Assembly (NCBI GenBank): GCA_003344405.1
Contig: NOWV01000201.1
Coordinates: 62,001-126,000 of the forward strand
Direction of reading: 5' to 3'
Source of the DNA: Trichoplax sp. H2
Taxonomy: Eukaryota
Length of the DNA stretch: 64,000 bases
Made by a program: the position numbers and the translations under genes. The notes under the pieces are model-generated. The model did no database searches, had not been told where the DNA came from, and saw nothing but the letters and a program-made list of their open reading frames with translations. Positions 1 through 15,075 of this stretch are shown in pieces; position 1 is the stretch's first letter, and the number at the start of each line of letters is the position of its first letter.

Positions 1-240
1 TTTACGAGTGAAAAAATTTAAAAAGGAAGAAGAGAAGAAAAATAATTATTCACTCCAAATTGGTGAATAAACTTTAATTCTGATATTGGATAAAAAAATG
101 AACTAGGATTGAACGTTTCCATCATTTAAAGATCATAAGAGGAAAGAGGAAACAATTTTATTTCTTCTTTTTCTAGCTATTTCATAATACGTAGACATCA
201 TTTGATTAATAAACGTTAATCGATATTTAGCCTTGAAGTC

Positions 241-1239
241 ATGACCTCTGCTGATTCATCAAACAAATATGCAGTCCATAACGTTATTGCTACGCTGTAT
301 ATTGCCATGATGATCATTTCTATTCCATTTAATTTTCTTTTCCTATCGGCCATTATAACTAAAAAGCATCTACGAACTCCAACCAACATCTTAGTTAGTA
401 ATTTAGCCTTTGCTGGTTTAATCATTGCATCATTTTTTATGCCATTTAAAATATTTGAATTACTCAATCCAAATGTTGGCTTTCCATTCCCTAAATCTCT
501 TGATATATGCCGTTTAAGAGCTATCGTTCCTGTTGCTTGTATCTTTTGCATTGGCTTGACTTTAGTTACTATTTGTGTTGATCGCTACTTAGTCATTACA
601 CGTTCCATGACATCGTCTTGGAAAATTAGCAATAAGAAAGCCTATTTCTTTCTACCTTTAAGTTGGACTATTTCATTTGTCATTTATGCACAGTATACAA
701 GTTATATGGTACTTTATAAATGGCGTGACTTAGTCATTTGTATTCCATTTTATCCAGAAAATGAAAAAAATGATATTATCCTTGGTAATGGAACTGATGG
801 TAAACCTTCTTTTATCGAATTATCACGATTAACATTTTGGATTATGCACGCTTGTCTGTCGTTTATTATTCCTACTATATTATTAGTAACATTATATAGT
901 AGGATAATTTACCGATTATGGCTAAGTCAACTGCCAATTTATAGTTCATCATCGACAACATTGACGAATAATGTAAAACATCGATTGATGAGAAAAAAAA
1001 AAGCTATCAAGATCTTAATCGCTTGTTGCCTGGTATTTCTGGTTAATAATATTCCATATTTTATAATATTTATTATAATTGAATTTCGTTTAGCGGCTGT
1101 AACTAATGCTTCATTAGCTGTTCAAATTGTTAGTATTATTTATACTTCTGCGATAGCTTATAATCCTATATTATACGGCTACTGCAATATTAAGGTTAGA
1201 AGAATGATTTTTAGTCAATTATCTTGTTCAAAACCTTAA
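241..1239 (+). CDS. Single-exon class A (rhodopsin-like) GPCR, peptide-receptor-like orphan
   Basis: 332-aa ORF with seven hydrophobic segments, TM1 Asn, ICL1 'LRTPTN', TM3 'CVDRY', ECL2 Cys, TM5 'FIIP...LY', TM7 'YNPILY'. Confidence 0.93.
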   Translation: MTSADSSNKYAVHNVIATLYIAMMIISIPFNFLFLSAIITKKHLRTPTNILVSNLAFAGLIIASFFMPFKIFELLNPNVGFPFPKSLDICRLRAIVPVACIFCIGLTLVTICVDRYLVITRSMTSSWKISNKKAYFFLPLSWTISFVIYAQYTSYMVLYKWRDLVICIPFYPENEKNDIILGNGTDGKPSFIELSRLTFWIMHACLSFIIPTILLVTLYSRIIYRLWLSQLPIYSSSSTTLTNNVKHRLMRKKKAIKILIACCLVFLVNNIPYFIIFIIIEFRLAAVTNASLAVQIVSIIYTSAIAYNPILYGYCNIKVRRMIFSQLSCSKP

Positions 1240-4200
1240 TCAATATTGATTTATTAACCGCATTACATCTTTAAGAATTGAAGATTTTTTCTTTTAATGT
1301 ATGTAATTTAAAGAGTAGATTTGAATGCTAAATTAACTACGATACAATTTCAATCCAATGAAATATTTGATTTTGAAGTTAACTTGTATCTCTATTCCAA
1401 AGCCAACTCTTTATTCAATTTTTTACCTGGCATTCAATTGTATTGAATTAAATCTATAATCTATCCTCTGCTATGAAGTAATTCTCATCTTATTTTGAAC
1501 TACTATAATTTATGACATTGAAAAAGATGAAATTAGATACTATCAAGGTTAGATATTAAGTGTTATAAATAAAGAAAAAACTAAATTTTACCTTTTAATA
1601 TCGCTCTTATTTCGATTATTATATTATTCTTTCTTAAACGTGGCTAGATTAATATTAATAGATGAGAGCAGAAAATAGACAACTAGCTTTACTTTCTCTC
1701 TTGCTTTCTTCTCATTCCTTGCTTAGCTAATTATAATTGTTAGTAGTGCTGTCATATGCATGGCTTAGCAGGGACATACCGTATATTGGTATAATATAGG
1801 ATAAATGATTGGAACTTTTACTCAAGATTGCGGTCGGATTCGACTACCTACTAGTCAAGGAAAGTGGAATTCAAGTTAATAGATATACATAGTAATGAAT
1901 AGGAGGATTACTTTACATAACATAGTTTCTCTCTTAAATCTATTTTATTGTCATGATTTAGACGGTATCAGATACAGAAAAATCGTCTCATCATCATTAA
2001 TACGCAAATATAAGAATTGAGTTTGCAATTAATTTGTTCTATTTTAAGTTTATGCTGACTTGATGTACTCATCTGTGTATACGTAATATATCTTAAGAAT
2101 GATGATGTGCTTCAAAAAGCTCGATGAGATTTCTTATTTCGTTGCCACCCTTAACTGATTGTATACATGTATTATTCATAATTTAGTCTATAATTTGCGT
2201 CATTTTATTTTGATTTTCAATCTATCCTAAGGTATACGAGAGTAATTTCAACATAAATGGCTTTAATAGACGGAGAAAAATACTTCTACATAATACTTAT
2301 CAAGGTTTTATCTGTTTGCAAGAATTTAAACTTTATTGTAATTTCAAGTATAAATTGTAATTACGTGAAATATGAATATGATTACATCATGAATTATCTA
2401 TAAGAGAAATTTCATTTCTATTGCATCTCCACTAATAACAAAAAACTTAATATAAATTAATACTATGTAAAAGGAAAAGGTCATAATACCATGCAACTTA
2501 AGATGCCGAATTCTTTTTTCCATCAAATTCTTATATAAGTAAAATATCCATAGATTGACGATAGAAGCTATTCTACTTTATGAATTTATCTTTCTAACTA
2601 TGGCTTATTTGAACACATTTTATCTAAGCATTTAAACCTTGATATATTGATATCACTAAACCAAGATTAATCTGTACAACAGAAACTATTAAAAAATCTT
2701 TCAGGATTGATATATGAGCATTGATAATCTATGTTATTAATATATTGATTTCCTATTTGCTTGCTATGTTGTTGAAAAATTTGATCTATTTGTCCATAAT
2801 AGGAAATTAACTTTGCTCACTTTGAATGTACAGATACGTATAAGGTATTAAAAGATTGAAAAAGTTAAAAAGTGAATTAACTTTGTGTTTTCAAATTTTC
2901 GTTTAAATCATAATGGGGCTGCCTACCAAATTAATCGTCTATAGTAAGAATTGTTATCATAATTAATATTAATAGTAAATAGAAGAAAGGATCTTTATTA
3001 AATTATTTACTTGATAAATTTTTAATATGAGAGAAAGATAAACCTGTACTCATTTACGAAGGAAACAGAGTACCGATTGATTCTTATGAACAGAGGGTAA
3101 AAGGTCAGCATAAACTGATAGTGTGACAAATATAATAATTATGAAATAAGAAAGTGTAGATTTTTTATGAGAACTTATAGCCATCAGAGAGTAAAATTAT
3201 TGTAGGTTATCTGCCGCGTCATATGAAGTATAATTTTTATGCATCAAGAAGGAAATTAATTGGTAAAGAGTCCATCCATTATCATGGAAATGATTGTATC
3301 GTTAACTGCAATGGATAGTCTATTGCAATTAATTTAACTTATAGTAGTACAAAAAGGGAAGATAGATGAAATTGATTCATTTCTGTTCTAAATAAATTAA
3401 AAAACTCTATCCACTTTAGTAAATGTTACAATCTAATCTAACTTAATTAATCTAGCATAGTATCGTAATGATAGGAAGAGCACGTGTTAATTTATTTCCT
3501 TTTCGATGATGCCTGAAATGGATTGATTATTTACTAGATGCACTGGTACAAAATTTACGTTGCAAATTGATGTAGCTCAAAATAACTGTAAAAGGGGAAA
3601 ATAGAATAATTCATTATTTTCTTGCATTACTCCTATGTCGATGTTAAGCCTTCCAGTCGCTAACTGTTATTCTAATTGAAATTGTTTTAGCTAAGGTAAC
3701 ACCAAAATGAGAATAATTTTACACAGTGCTTCGATATAGATTTAGAACTCCATCCGCTTTATGACTGTTTTAAGTGTAAACTCTTCTAGCTTAATAAGTA
3801 TAATTCCTCATGATGCATCCAAGTACATTTATAATTTCATCCATTAACTAGCAATTATTATATTGTAAATGGTTCTATCAGGAAGGAAAGACATTAAAAG
3901 GAGAATAAAATTACTCATTTATTTCTCTACAATAATTTTTTGCAGACTTACAGCCTTATCTTTTTAGTAAATACTACAGTAATGCAAGCGGTTCTACCTT
4001 ACGTGTATGAGGTAAAAATAAAAATGTGTTGATCAGTCCATTTATTTTTATAATACTAATACGTTGATGTATTGACCGATCATCAACTTTAGTCGGATAT
4101 TTAACTCCGTAACTACTAATACCCGTAGGATAAAATTGACCAAAATGACAATCACGCAACTGTTCATGAATAGTATTAGCAAAATAAACGATATCTTAGC

Positions 4201-7200
4201 GTTTATGTTTTTAAATAATCGAATTTATTTATATTTAACGTATGAATAAATGATGGAATTCAATTTGTCTACTATTGTATATTAATTTACACTTAAAAGG
4301 AAGTAATGTGCGATAGAATCAGAAAGTAGTTCAATTTCTACCAATTTTCAATCTATTGGACACAGATGTCTTTAATTTCTAAATATCTTCATAAATACAG
4401 CAACAATTCACAATGAAATTAAAGTATTTGGCAGGTTATCCAATAAGTGTTTTAATTTTGTTTTAGATATCACCGCTTGATCTAACTATTGTCACGATGA
4501 ATATTGGATTACGTAAATGGGAAAATATTCAAGACTAAATTTTTATGATCATGTTTATATTCTATTGTCAATATCATGGTTAAGCATAGTACAATCAATT
4601 TATGTCTCATTAAGGATGAAAAATTTTAAATAGGCAAAATTTTATTTGATCTAAAGAATGGTATCAAAGAAATGACGTGGCGTAAAATTTGGCAGAACGA
4701 CTATTGCGTAGATCTTCTCATGCAGTCGGGGATTAAGAGAGATTTCTCCTTTACTCAATCAAGAGCGGGGATCGATAGTGCAAGAATTCAGTTGACCAAA
4801 TTACACAAAACGATTCCTGAATGAATTTTTCTTATACTCTATTTGATACATTAATAATAATAATGCAAAAAATAAGCACAACATATCCATAATTTAAAAA
4901 CTGATGTTCATCAATTTAGTTTTTTAAGTAATACATGAATTCACTGTTATTTCCTTTAGTAAATATGTAGTAGCTTTATTTGAAGAAACTATAGCAAAGT
5001 TATTACAACTAGCTTCGTAAGTAGGTGCTGTAAAACAGATGCAGCTCTTCGGCTAATAAAAGAATATTACATACTTGAGGTAAAGGGACAAATAAATGTA
5101 GACCAAGTTTTTGATCCGTTTCGCATCTTCAGTCTATTATTCTCGTGGGTAGAAGTACTTTAACATAAACATGTAAGGAGATAAATGGTAAAAAATATAT
5201 TAATGACAATTACAAATACTTTTTATTTTAAATTCTTATAGCAGAGTAAATATCTTATGATTGAGCTAAATGAATCATGAACTTAATACATTTTAGCTCT
5301 AGTTCTATTTATATTAAGTAATTTGCATAAATACTTTATTTGAGGCAAAATATGAGGGGAGCCCATTGAACTTTAGATTCGATCTTTATTTTGTTACATT
5401 TCTAAGCCTATTCCTATTCCAGTGATAGTAAGTCAGCGCATATGAAAAATAATACGATTTGATCTATATCTTTATTCTATTATTTCTTCGGATATTTAAT
5501 AAATGAAGGCAGAGAATTTTAATTTATGTTTGATCTTTAGTCTATAACTTACTCAGGATACTCTAAAATGGTAAATCAATGAATAAGAGCGATTTTATTT
5601 AGAATTATGTTCAGTTTTTATTTCGCTATTTCTTCACTTTGTGCTATTTGAGACAACTTAGCATAAAGGTAGGTACATTTTGACTTCCGTTTTATTATTT
5701 TCTCAGTGCGATCTATTTAATATCAATGTAATTGGATATTAACACACTTTTAGTTCTTATTTTATCTCCATTTTATTATTTTCTGCCTATACCTTACCTG
5801 AGTGCAATTTTTTTTCTAGGAGTGATCTATCTTAATTTACATTTATTTCTATTCTCCACTATGTTCTATCCGAAGAATATAGTAAAGGATATAGGCACAA
5901 TTTCAATCCTTAGTCCATGTTAATCTCTACTGTTCTTCCATGCGCGGCAAAAACAGCATATAAAATCGATTTTCTATGTATTCTATCTGAGTTAATCTAG
6001 GAATTACATTAGAATAAATTTTGATCCATGATTGACAACCGTTCAGTTGCTCTCAATCAACTCCTCAGTATAATTTATTTGAGGCAAGAGTAAAAAAACT
6101 TAAACTGAGTATAAGCTTTATTCTTTACTAATTGGCTATCAATCTAGCACAGGAATATACGTATACTATAACGATGAATTGAATGCACGCACCATTTTAA
6201 TGCAGGTATAGAAATCATTTTTTGATTATTAATCGAGTTAGAATTAGAATAGCAGTTTATATGGGATAAGAATGGCGATGAATGACGTATATAATTTTAA
6301 TATTTTTATTCTTTCTAATTGATGTATTTTTAATGCGCTTTCAATCATTGTATGATCCTTCTGAGAGTCTCTGTTCATCTGTATAATGGAATAACTCCAT
6401 TGAATTTTATTAATTTTACTAGCATATTTAAATGATGAAGTATTTACGCTATCTAGTAAGAAAGAAGTTATTGTCATGAAATTTTTCGGAAACATGTCCT
6501 ACTATGCAGTATAATAGCAATTTCGCTCATTATTGAATCAATAGTTTTGGCTGAAGGTACGTGCATAAACGTGACTCAAGAAATAAGCTACCAAAGCAAT
6601 ACTATCATTTACCTTCCCTGTTATCACGCAGCTACATTTAGCTTTTTTCATTTAATATCTGATACAAGCGCAAAGCTAGCAGACTCCTTATCATCATGCG
6701 TTATGATAAAATAAGCTACTATATATGAAGTCAAATTCTCCTATAAGAATTAAAAATGATTTAATTTTAATCTATTTTCTTCGCCAACAATGAAGAGAAT
6801 AAGTAAAATAATGAAATGACTATATTTCATCCAGCCATAACTGATAAATAATTGATGCGAAGATATATTTGTAAATAACAACATAAGATTGTGATAAAGC
6901 AGATTGGAAATTAATGCAATCAAGTTGATTTGACGTAAATGCAGAATAAAACGCCATTGGTATCGTTATAAACACTAATAATAAAGACTGTCTATATAAG
7001 CACATTGTCCAATTATAATAATGTAACTGACTTGTTACTTGAATAAAATGATACTTTTAAACTTTATACATAATTGTTGGTCAATATTGAAATTATTATA
7101 GTCAATGGATGGGTCTGAATTTCCTAAGTACATAATAGATATTGGCATCAGCTTTCAATCAGTAGCAGTTCAAGCTTGACGTCATGATTACATTATTGAG

Positions 7201-10200
7201 AGTATAAAAAATTTGAAAAATTTCTACCATGACTAATCGAATGTCAAGAAATGTCATTATGCGTTGCTTTATGGAATTCCATATTGATGATGTCAATACC
7301 GGTTAAAATGAAAGCAATCAAATAAATCATTTTAGACAATAATCAATTGTCGATACTTACTTTCATTGCTTTATGATATATTTACAGTAAGTATCGATTA
7401 ACAATAAGTTAGAGTATTTGTCAAGGCAAAACTGATAGAATAGTATAGTATTTATAGCTTGAGAAGAGATGGCTAATTAACTAGTAACTATTGCAATCAT
7501 AAGTAAATATAACATAAAGCAATAACAGGTATATTTCTTTCAATGGATTACAATGATAGGATTATATTTATAGCAAAATAAAAACAATTTTCATAACTCA
7601 GCTTTAGAATTTTATTTCTCGTCTACAGGCTTTAAAATATTCGTGATATTCTCAATAGAAATCTTATTCATCATTCAGTAGTTGGACAATATCAATCTGG
7701 GGATTATACCTTTCCAGTAATATTGTTGCCATGAGAGCCATATGTTTACATTTTTAAAATGCTTGATAAAACTAGCAATTTAGCTGAAATTGATTTATGA
7801 TAGTTTATAACCTACTGTTTTTTCTTGCAATAATTAAAGCACGTATATTGAATTTTCTAGTAATTTTCAATTATAACCTTGACCTTCTTGTCGATCATTA
7901 CGATCTTTTCAAAGAACTTGGAACAATTCAATTTACAGATTACTTCTCAAATTGAACTACAGGCATGTTCCAGTTAGCATCTGAAATAGAATTCTACATT
8001 CATTTACTTTTGTCTTGTAATTACAATTTTAATTCCGTTTACCTATTTTATAAAAGCAAAGATCGTCGTAAAAACGATCTGCACTCATTCTCGGTAAACT
8101 ACACCATAGATTTAAAGAGATAATAGATTATATTAATTATGGTAATATCGAAAATACGGATCATAATTCAAATTCGCTCAGTGAATCGATACTTAAGCCA
8201 AAATTTAATAGCTTTGAAGATATGTACTTTGTTAATTTAAAGCCTTGATAGGATATCGTTGATACATTATAGTAAACCTATTTATAAGCTCTTGGAGCTC
8301 AGTCGAAGCAATTTCTAAAATAACTCCTTGATCATGTAAAATAAGCTCCTTCCCCATGCTTAAATTAATCAACTTAAAAGCAAGTTTATTCCATTAATTG
8401 AACTTAAACTGAACTTTAAAGTGTAGCAATTAAGTCATCATTTTCGTTATCATTATCTAAAATTATTATCGATTTAGTTAGCTCTAACATTGCTATTTTT
8501 AATTGCAAATAATTCCGTCGAAACCTCTTTGAATCATGTTCTCACGTTTTATAGCCAATATTATTTATGCTTTTTGAGTACTGCACTAAATCCCGTTCTT
8601 TAATATTAGTTAAAGATTTAAAAATTTTCTTTACTTAATAGAATCGATTTCTAGTTACACAAGTACTGGTACTGACGTGAAACTGTAAATTGTTAAAAAA
8701 TCATTATGGTAAGACAATCTACATTGTAAGTAGCTGTTATTTCCTTTCATTAAATCTGGGCACGATACGGTAATGGGAACAGAAAGTGGTATTTATTAAT
8801 CAATTACTATGAGTCTCTTGTCGCCGCTGATCCCAATCTGCATTACTCAAAAGTAACTAGAGAATTTATCTTGTATATCTGAATAATTATTACACTAATT
8901 TGCAGCAATAAACAAATATTAAATAATTTTACTGTTAATTTCGTTTCCTTTTCAGGACTGTAATTAATGCTGTTTTAGTATAAACAGACATCGCTATTTG
9001 CATTAATTTGATATGATGACTGAAAACCATATATCCTACTACCTACTAATTATAAGCCTATTACCAAAATAGTGATCGAACTATTTATACCAAGATTTTT
9101 ACCATCATTTACTGCAGTATTATTATTATTCAATAGAAACATTCACCTTCAGCAATTTATTAGTAGCGGTACAAATTAACAATCTGCTTAAATGATAATA
9201 CATCAATAACGTACAATATCTTAATTTAATCATGTAGGATTACATTCATGACTTAAATTAAATGATAAAAATATGTACTTTCGATAACGATTAATGGTGT
9301 TAATAGGTAGATTGCTTGACTCCTTTCATTGTATATAAAATTTGCAAAGTACTTATAATATTTCAAAGACAGTAATTATAATAAATTAAAGTACATTTAC
9401 AAAGTAGAATAGATGTGATATCCAGCATAGTATGCTAATAAGTAAGCCTTCGGTACCTATTTGACAAGTAGACGGTAAAGCTTTAAATAGCTAATATTTA
9501 AAAGCATGTTTGGCTGTTTAAGTAGATACAACTGCTTAAAAGGTAATAGTTACTTTTAATCTATTATGATTTGGTAAAGCAAGCACCTTACCAAAATATC
9601 TAATGGAAAGATCGTTGTATATTAGGATCTAAGTCTAATTTCTTCCTAATTAGTTAACGATATGATTTGGTATAACAATTATGATATCTAAGGAACATCA
9701 TTGTATAAAGTGATCCAAATCTAGTTTCTATACAAATCTAGTTCCATTAATTAGAATGCCATACTATCTAAGAATAAAGTTGGATATTTGACCGAAGTTC
9801 AGCTCTCGTACACTTCCTATTATGGCAATAATTTTCTACGCTGAATTAAAATGCCACAAATGAGAATTGATCGTGATGATTATGCTTCATTTAAGAGATT
9901 TTTCAACACACTTCAATGAATAATAATGCCAAAATATCGAAAGCTATTATTTGGAAAAATAAAATTCAATACATAGATGCTGCTAAAGTGTTTCTAACTG
10001 TACTTAATAGTATTATTTCAAAATACTGAAGCTTGCTTTACGACGATATCATAACGGCTGTTGTGTATCTAAATGATCAGGAATCAGCTTGGATTTAATG
10101 AATCAATTCAGTCTTCTATAAAAGAACAAATAAAACAATTGTACATATCGACAGTATAAGTTATTTATTATGCTTGAAAATGACGTGAATGTAATTGAAT

Positions 10201-13200
10201 AGAAAGTACCGAAGACTAATAGATCTTAGTGTTGTACGGGACTAAGAACTTCTTGTTTTTTGTTGAAATTGGAATTGTCTTTTCTATTGGATAATGCTAA
10301 GACACCGTTTCGGTCTATTAATCTTATAATTACGTGTATACGATATAATAGGCATACCAAAATGTTGACGAAGTGGTATAATAAGAATGCTTCCAATATT
10401 TCCTTGTTTATCTTGAAGCGATATAATTGATTAAATATTAAATTGCATACTACATTACATGTTAGAAAGCCAGTTCCGGTGTAATAAACAGAAATAGTGG
10501 CACGCTTTTTGATGGTAGGAAAGGTTTTGATTTATTTTAGTTTCCACGTAAAATAAATAAATGATCAGACAAATTGAATCTGATTTGAGGAGACTATTTT
10601 CTTATTTATTTTGATAAACAATTTAGTTTTCATCTCGGCGTGGATTCAAATGCAAAATTCAAGGTAAGTATTTTAAAACTAGACAACGTGATCATACTCT
10701 ACTTCTGAAGATGTCAATAGTTGGCATTCTTTCCATACTATTTTATTACAAAAATTGCGATTATCTGGCTGAATAATCTGAAAGGTTTGTTACCAGCTAA
10801 TCTAGCGCTTTTATTATCTGTCGTTGTTGACAATATTCCACCTTTAAGCCCTATTCTTACATCCGGTCTGTCTGTTAGTGGCAAGATTCCGTAGTTTATG
10901 ATCTAGCTAATAATTGGATTTCTCGATAAAGCAAGTTAAAAGTCAAAATTGCTTGATTATTGATAATTCTCTTATAAGGAAGGACAAGGCAAGTTAAAAT
11001 CAAGAATTTTTCCATCATCCAACGTCTTAGTAATCGCTAATTCTTATCGATTAAGGATAAAGTAAAAAAAGGTGATAATACACATACTACTTATAAACTA
11101 ACTCAGAGGTCTGAAGTCCAGTACTAGTTTATTCTAGTAATATCTTTGTTAATAGCAAAAATGCAGGGTAAAGTTTGTCTATTAAACAATTTTGAAAGCA
11201 ATTCTATCTTTAAATTCCTAAATAGAAAAAATACTATGATTATGAACCACTGTATTATTTTATTTGAATATTGATCACAGATTGTTAATTTGATATATTG
11301 TAATATTTGGAGTCATTGAATATATATTGATGCAAAATATCAGGAGATGCAAACAAAATAGTGCTTGGAGTTAGTTGCGGATGAACAAAAAATGATCTTT
11401 TATCTTTTATCAGCAATTAATGAGAATTTTATCTTCATCAATTTAACTATCCGTGTTAGTGACCTGCTTGTTTCAAAGTTTTCAAATGTATATTGTTAAC
11501 AATGAGTAAAACTTTAATTTACTCGCCAACTAGACAAGCAACAATCATTTGCTGAAATGATTATAATTATAGCGCTTGATTTGACTCGTTTTAGGGCGAG
11601 ATCGAATAAGCGGCTACTCATCTTTATTATTATTTTTTGGGGGGGGTTTGAATTTTCCCTGACGGTAAAATCGAATTATTATACTATAAAAAATCCTAAA
11701 ATAACTACAAGTTAGGATTCTAAAGCATAATAAAGTAGGGAGGACAATAATGGTAGTTTCTAACTCCAAGAAAATTGTAGGTTATTAAGATTTGTGGCCT
11801 TTATAACTTATCAGGCTATTTTGGAAAGATGATCACGTAGAGAAAAGTAAGATTTTACTGTATTAGGCATTTAGATTACGGCTAGCTAAACGATTTCTGT
11901 TTAAGAATTGATCAATCTCTTTTCTTCTCATTATTACGGTGCACTATTTAGTAAGTATGAATCGAATCATTTTATGTAGTAATATTAGCTTTTACCTCTT
12001 GTTGTATATTCAGTAGTTATTGCGTAAAAATATCTTATGGTAAGTAACTTACAAGTTGTCTGTTTTATGACTAGAAGAATTATTCATTATTGACAGACGT
12101 TAGTCCTTACTTTATAAAGTCATTGCTAGCAATTGATAGTTAATTAATGTCAAAAAATCATTTAAGGGGATCAAATTGAAATATTTCGTCACAATAAATT
12201 AGAGTATCATCGGTTAATTTACAGGTCAAGTTGGATAGGTAATCAATTTTTGGGGGAGGGATAGGGTTCTATTAGTACTTCAAGATATATTCAAATTGAT
12301 AATTATGTAATCCATTATAATTACTAGGCTATAATTATAACTATATGCTAAATATAGATAAATAGAGGAAATATCGGAAATCAGTAATGATATGGAAGGT
12401 TACTTTAATAAATATCAAATTCATAAGATTCAGACATTATTTAGAGAGTCATTTGTTGTATTAGTTATTTAGGTGCTAAATTGTGTGAGCATAGATCATT
12501 TTAAACTTCGCCTTTTCTCATCTTAGCAAAGTGATCGGCCATTATCAATTACCACATCTAGCAGTAGCTAAAACAACGTATCCATTATGTCTAGTAAAAG
12601 CTTGCTTGTAATGGACAGCGAAATGAAAGTCGATTATCCTGTAGGCAATACGTAACAGAATAGTTTGCGGGAAAAATTTGATGTATGCTCTTGCTTCTTA
12701 TATCTGTTGTTTCTCTGTTATGCAAAATATTTCGTTTGAGTAGACGATGTTAAAGACTAGAAATGAATATTTCTTGTAGTTTTACTGTTTTAATTGCAAA
12801 GATTAAAATTGATTCATGTTTAATTTGAGAAGTGTGTAAGTAGTTAGTAGTGAAGTCTTGAAACACATCATATCATACAAATAACTGATTTCTTGTCTTA
12901 TAGATATATTGACCCATAATTTAACAATCACGTTGATGAGATTAAATTAATAATAAGGATAAATTGTTCGATTAGTTTTAACGTGAGTCATTGTTACTCA
13001 TTGAAATATAAATAATTGATTCAAGCTATCCACTGGTCTTGTTTTACTTTTCATGACTAATCGCGCTAAGGTCTACATCGTTAGAATCAACAAAGATGAT
13101 TGTAGTCATTGTCATGAATAAGCTAACAAATAAATTATTTATTATTGAGCATTTAACCGGTCTAGTTGCCCTTGGGCTATTATAACTTGTACTGTCAATT

Positions 13201-15075
13201 ATTGGTAGCAGATAGATTTTGAAGAAATTTTCTACAATTCCATCTAAGATGATTTGATATTTTTACCTACAGGTCCGGTCTTCTCTAATTCTCATTTACT
13301 AGGTATATCTGATTAATTATCCAATACCTTTTAACTTGCACAAGTTTTAATTTTTGTAGATACACACGTATTATTTTTTCATGTCTTTTAGTTGGATGTT
13401 TTTGTATATTTCGATTATTCGAAACTGCTAATAGCGGTGATTCATTTCTCCAGTAATATTTTTTTAGTTAATACTAACCAACTAATTGATGATGACTATA
13501 CATACGAGTAAATGGCATTTATCATAATTGAAGTCTCTTGTATATCGTTCACTTTTCTTACTTATATGTGCTGACGAGTTAGTTTGCTAAAATATATTCT
13601 ATACTTGCCTTTTATAAAGTATCTCCTTTATTTTATGGATAAATGATACACTTGGGTACCCTAACTGTAAGCATATTCGTTTTAAATCTATTGGATAGCG
13701 TAGCATATGTAAATTTATATCGTCCACCATTTCTAGAAAGATATTACTTTTCTTCCTATGTCGTTCACTTGAACACGAGACCCATATAGGAATTTTGTTC
13801 AGCTATAGCATAGGTTATTTTTAGTTTATTAATTATTGGTATCTTCTCCATCGCTTTCTTATAATAAGGTGGAGCAATTTTTATAAATTTCCTTTATCAT
13901 TTACATACAAAAGCCGAATTGAAGTTTAGTTATCTAAAAAGGACAACTATATTCTTGATCTTGAGTGCATTGAGTATTACTATAATCCTATTTCAGGATA
14001 ACATTTAACTTGCATTAATCAGTTACATACGGTTATCGTGTCGATTTTCTATTTTCTTTGCGTTTACGATTCATATGTTATTTATCTCTATATGCATATG
14101 TTGACACTCTGTAGTGTATAAAAAGTATTCAGGATGCAAGAGTTATTATTATTGCCTTCATTAGAGTTATGAAATAACGCCTAAGTAATTCGATATATTT
14201 CTGATACTACCGATATAGTCACGATATCCTCATTAGTTAAACTATTTACTACCGTATTGTCTTCCATCGAGCGCTTAACAATAAAATTGACTACTATTAT
14301 TGACTTTAGGGAAACAAAAACATGTCATGAAATAGCAATTGAAAAGAATGAATAAAATCATATATAGACTGCGATTTTTTTTGCATTGATTGGCAATTGT
14401 GTAGGTATACTATATTTGATCAAGCATGTGGGTAATGACAGTGATTTCACGTCAACATGATCCCTAAGCAACAGTCGGAATTGATTAGTCAAGATAAATA
14501 CTATGTATTATTTTCTTGATTAAGATACAATAATTATTCAATTTGTATAAAGTATTACATTATGATTAACTAGCAAACAGATTATTTAATGGTGAAGAAA
14601 TCGAGGCTTCTGTACGCCCATACAATCCAATTATTATATCATATTTCAAGACAAATATGCTGTCTAATCATTATATAAAATTTATTGTTTAAATTCTAGG
14701 TTAATCGTCGCACTTTTTTAAGGCTGCAGTTAAAACTCTATTAATCTGAAGAGAAGCTTGGAAAAGGACTGATTAGTGTCTTTAAAAGCTGGATAAAACA
14801 CGATATCAACTTTTTCTACACACTGACTTCTATCAAATAGTAAATTTTATCTCATCTCGACTTTTATCGTAATTGAAATAAAGTTCCTTTCCATTTGGTT
14901 TGTCAATCTAGTAGATGATAATCCATATTAGCCTTTTTGGACTACGGATCAACAAAGTTAGCAGCATCTCATCCTCACACTCCATTACAGTTTATTTCTC
15001 CATCTGCATACAGTCTATGTTGATTATTATTGGATCTATTTTCATGATTCACATCAATCAAGTTATTCCATCAAC

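Noticed and set aside
216..551. Antisense ORFs overlapping the GPCR, PNKP and peroxiredoxin coding regions (this one and similar)
   Set aside because: They are shadow frames of real coding exons
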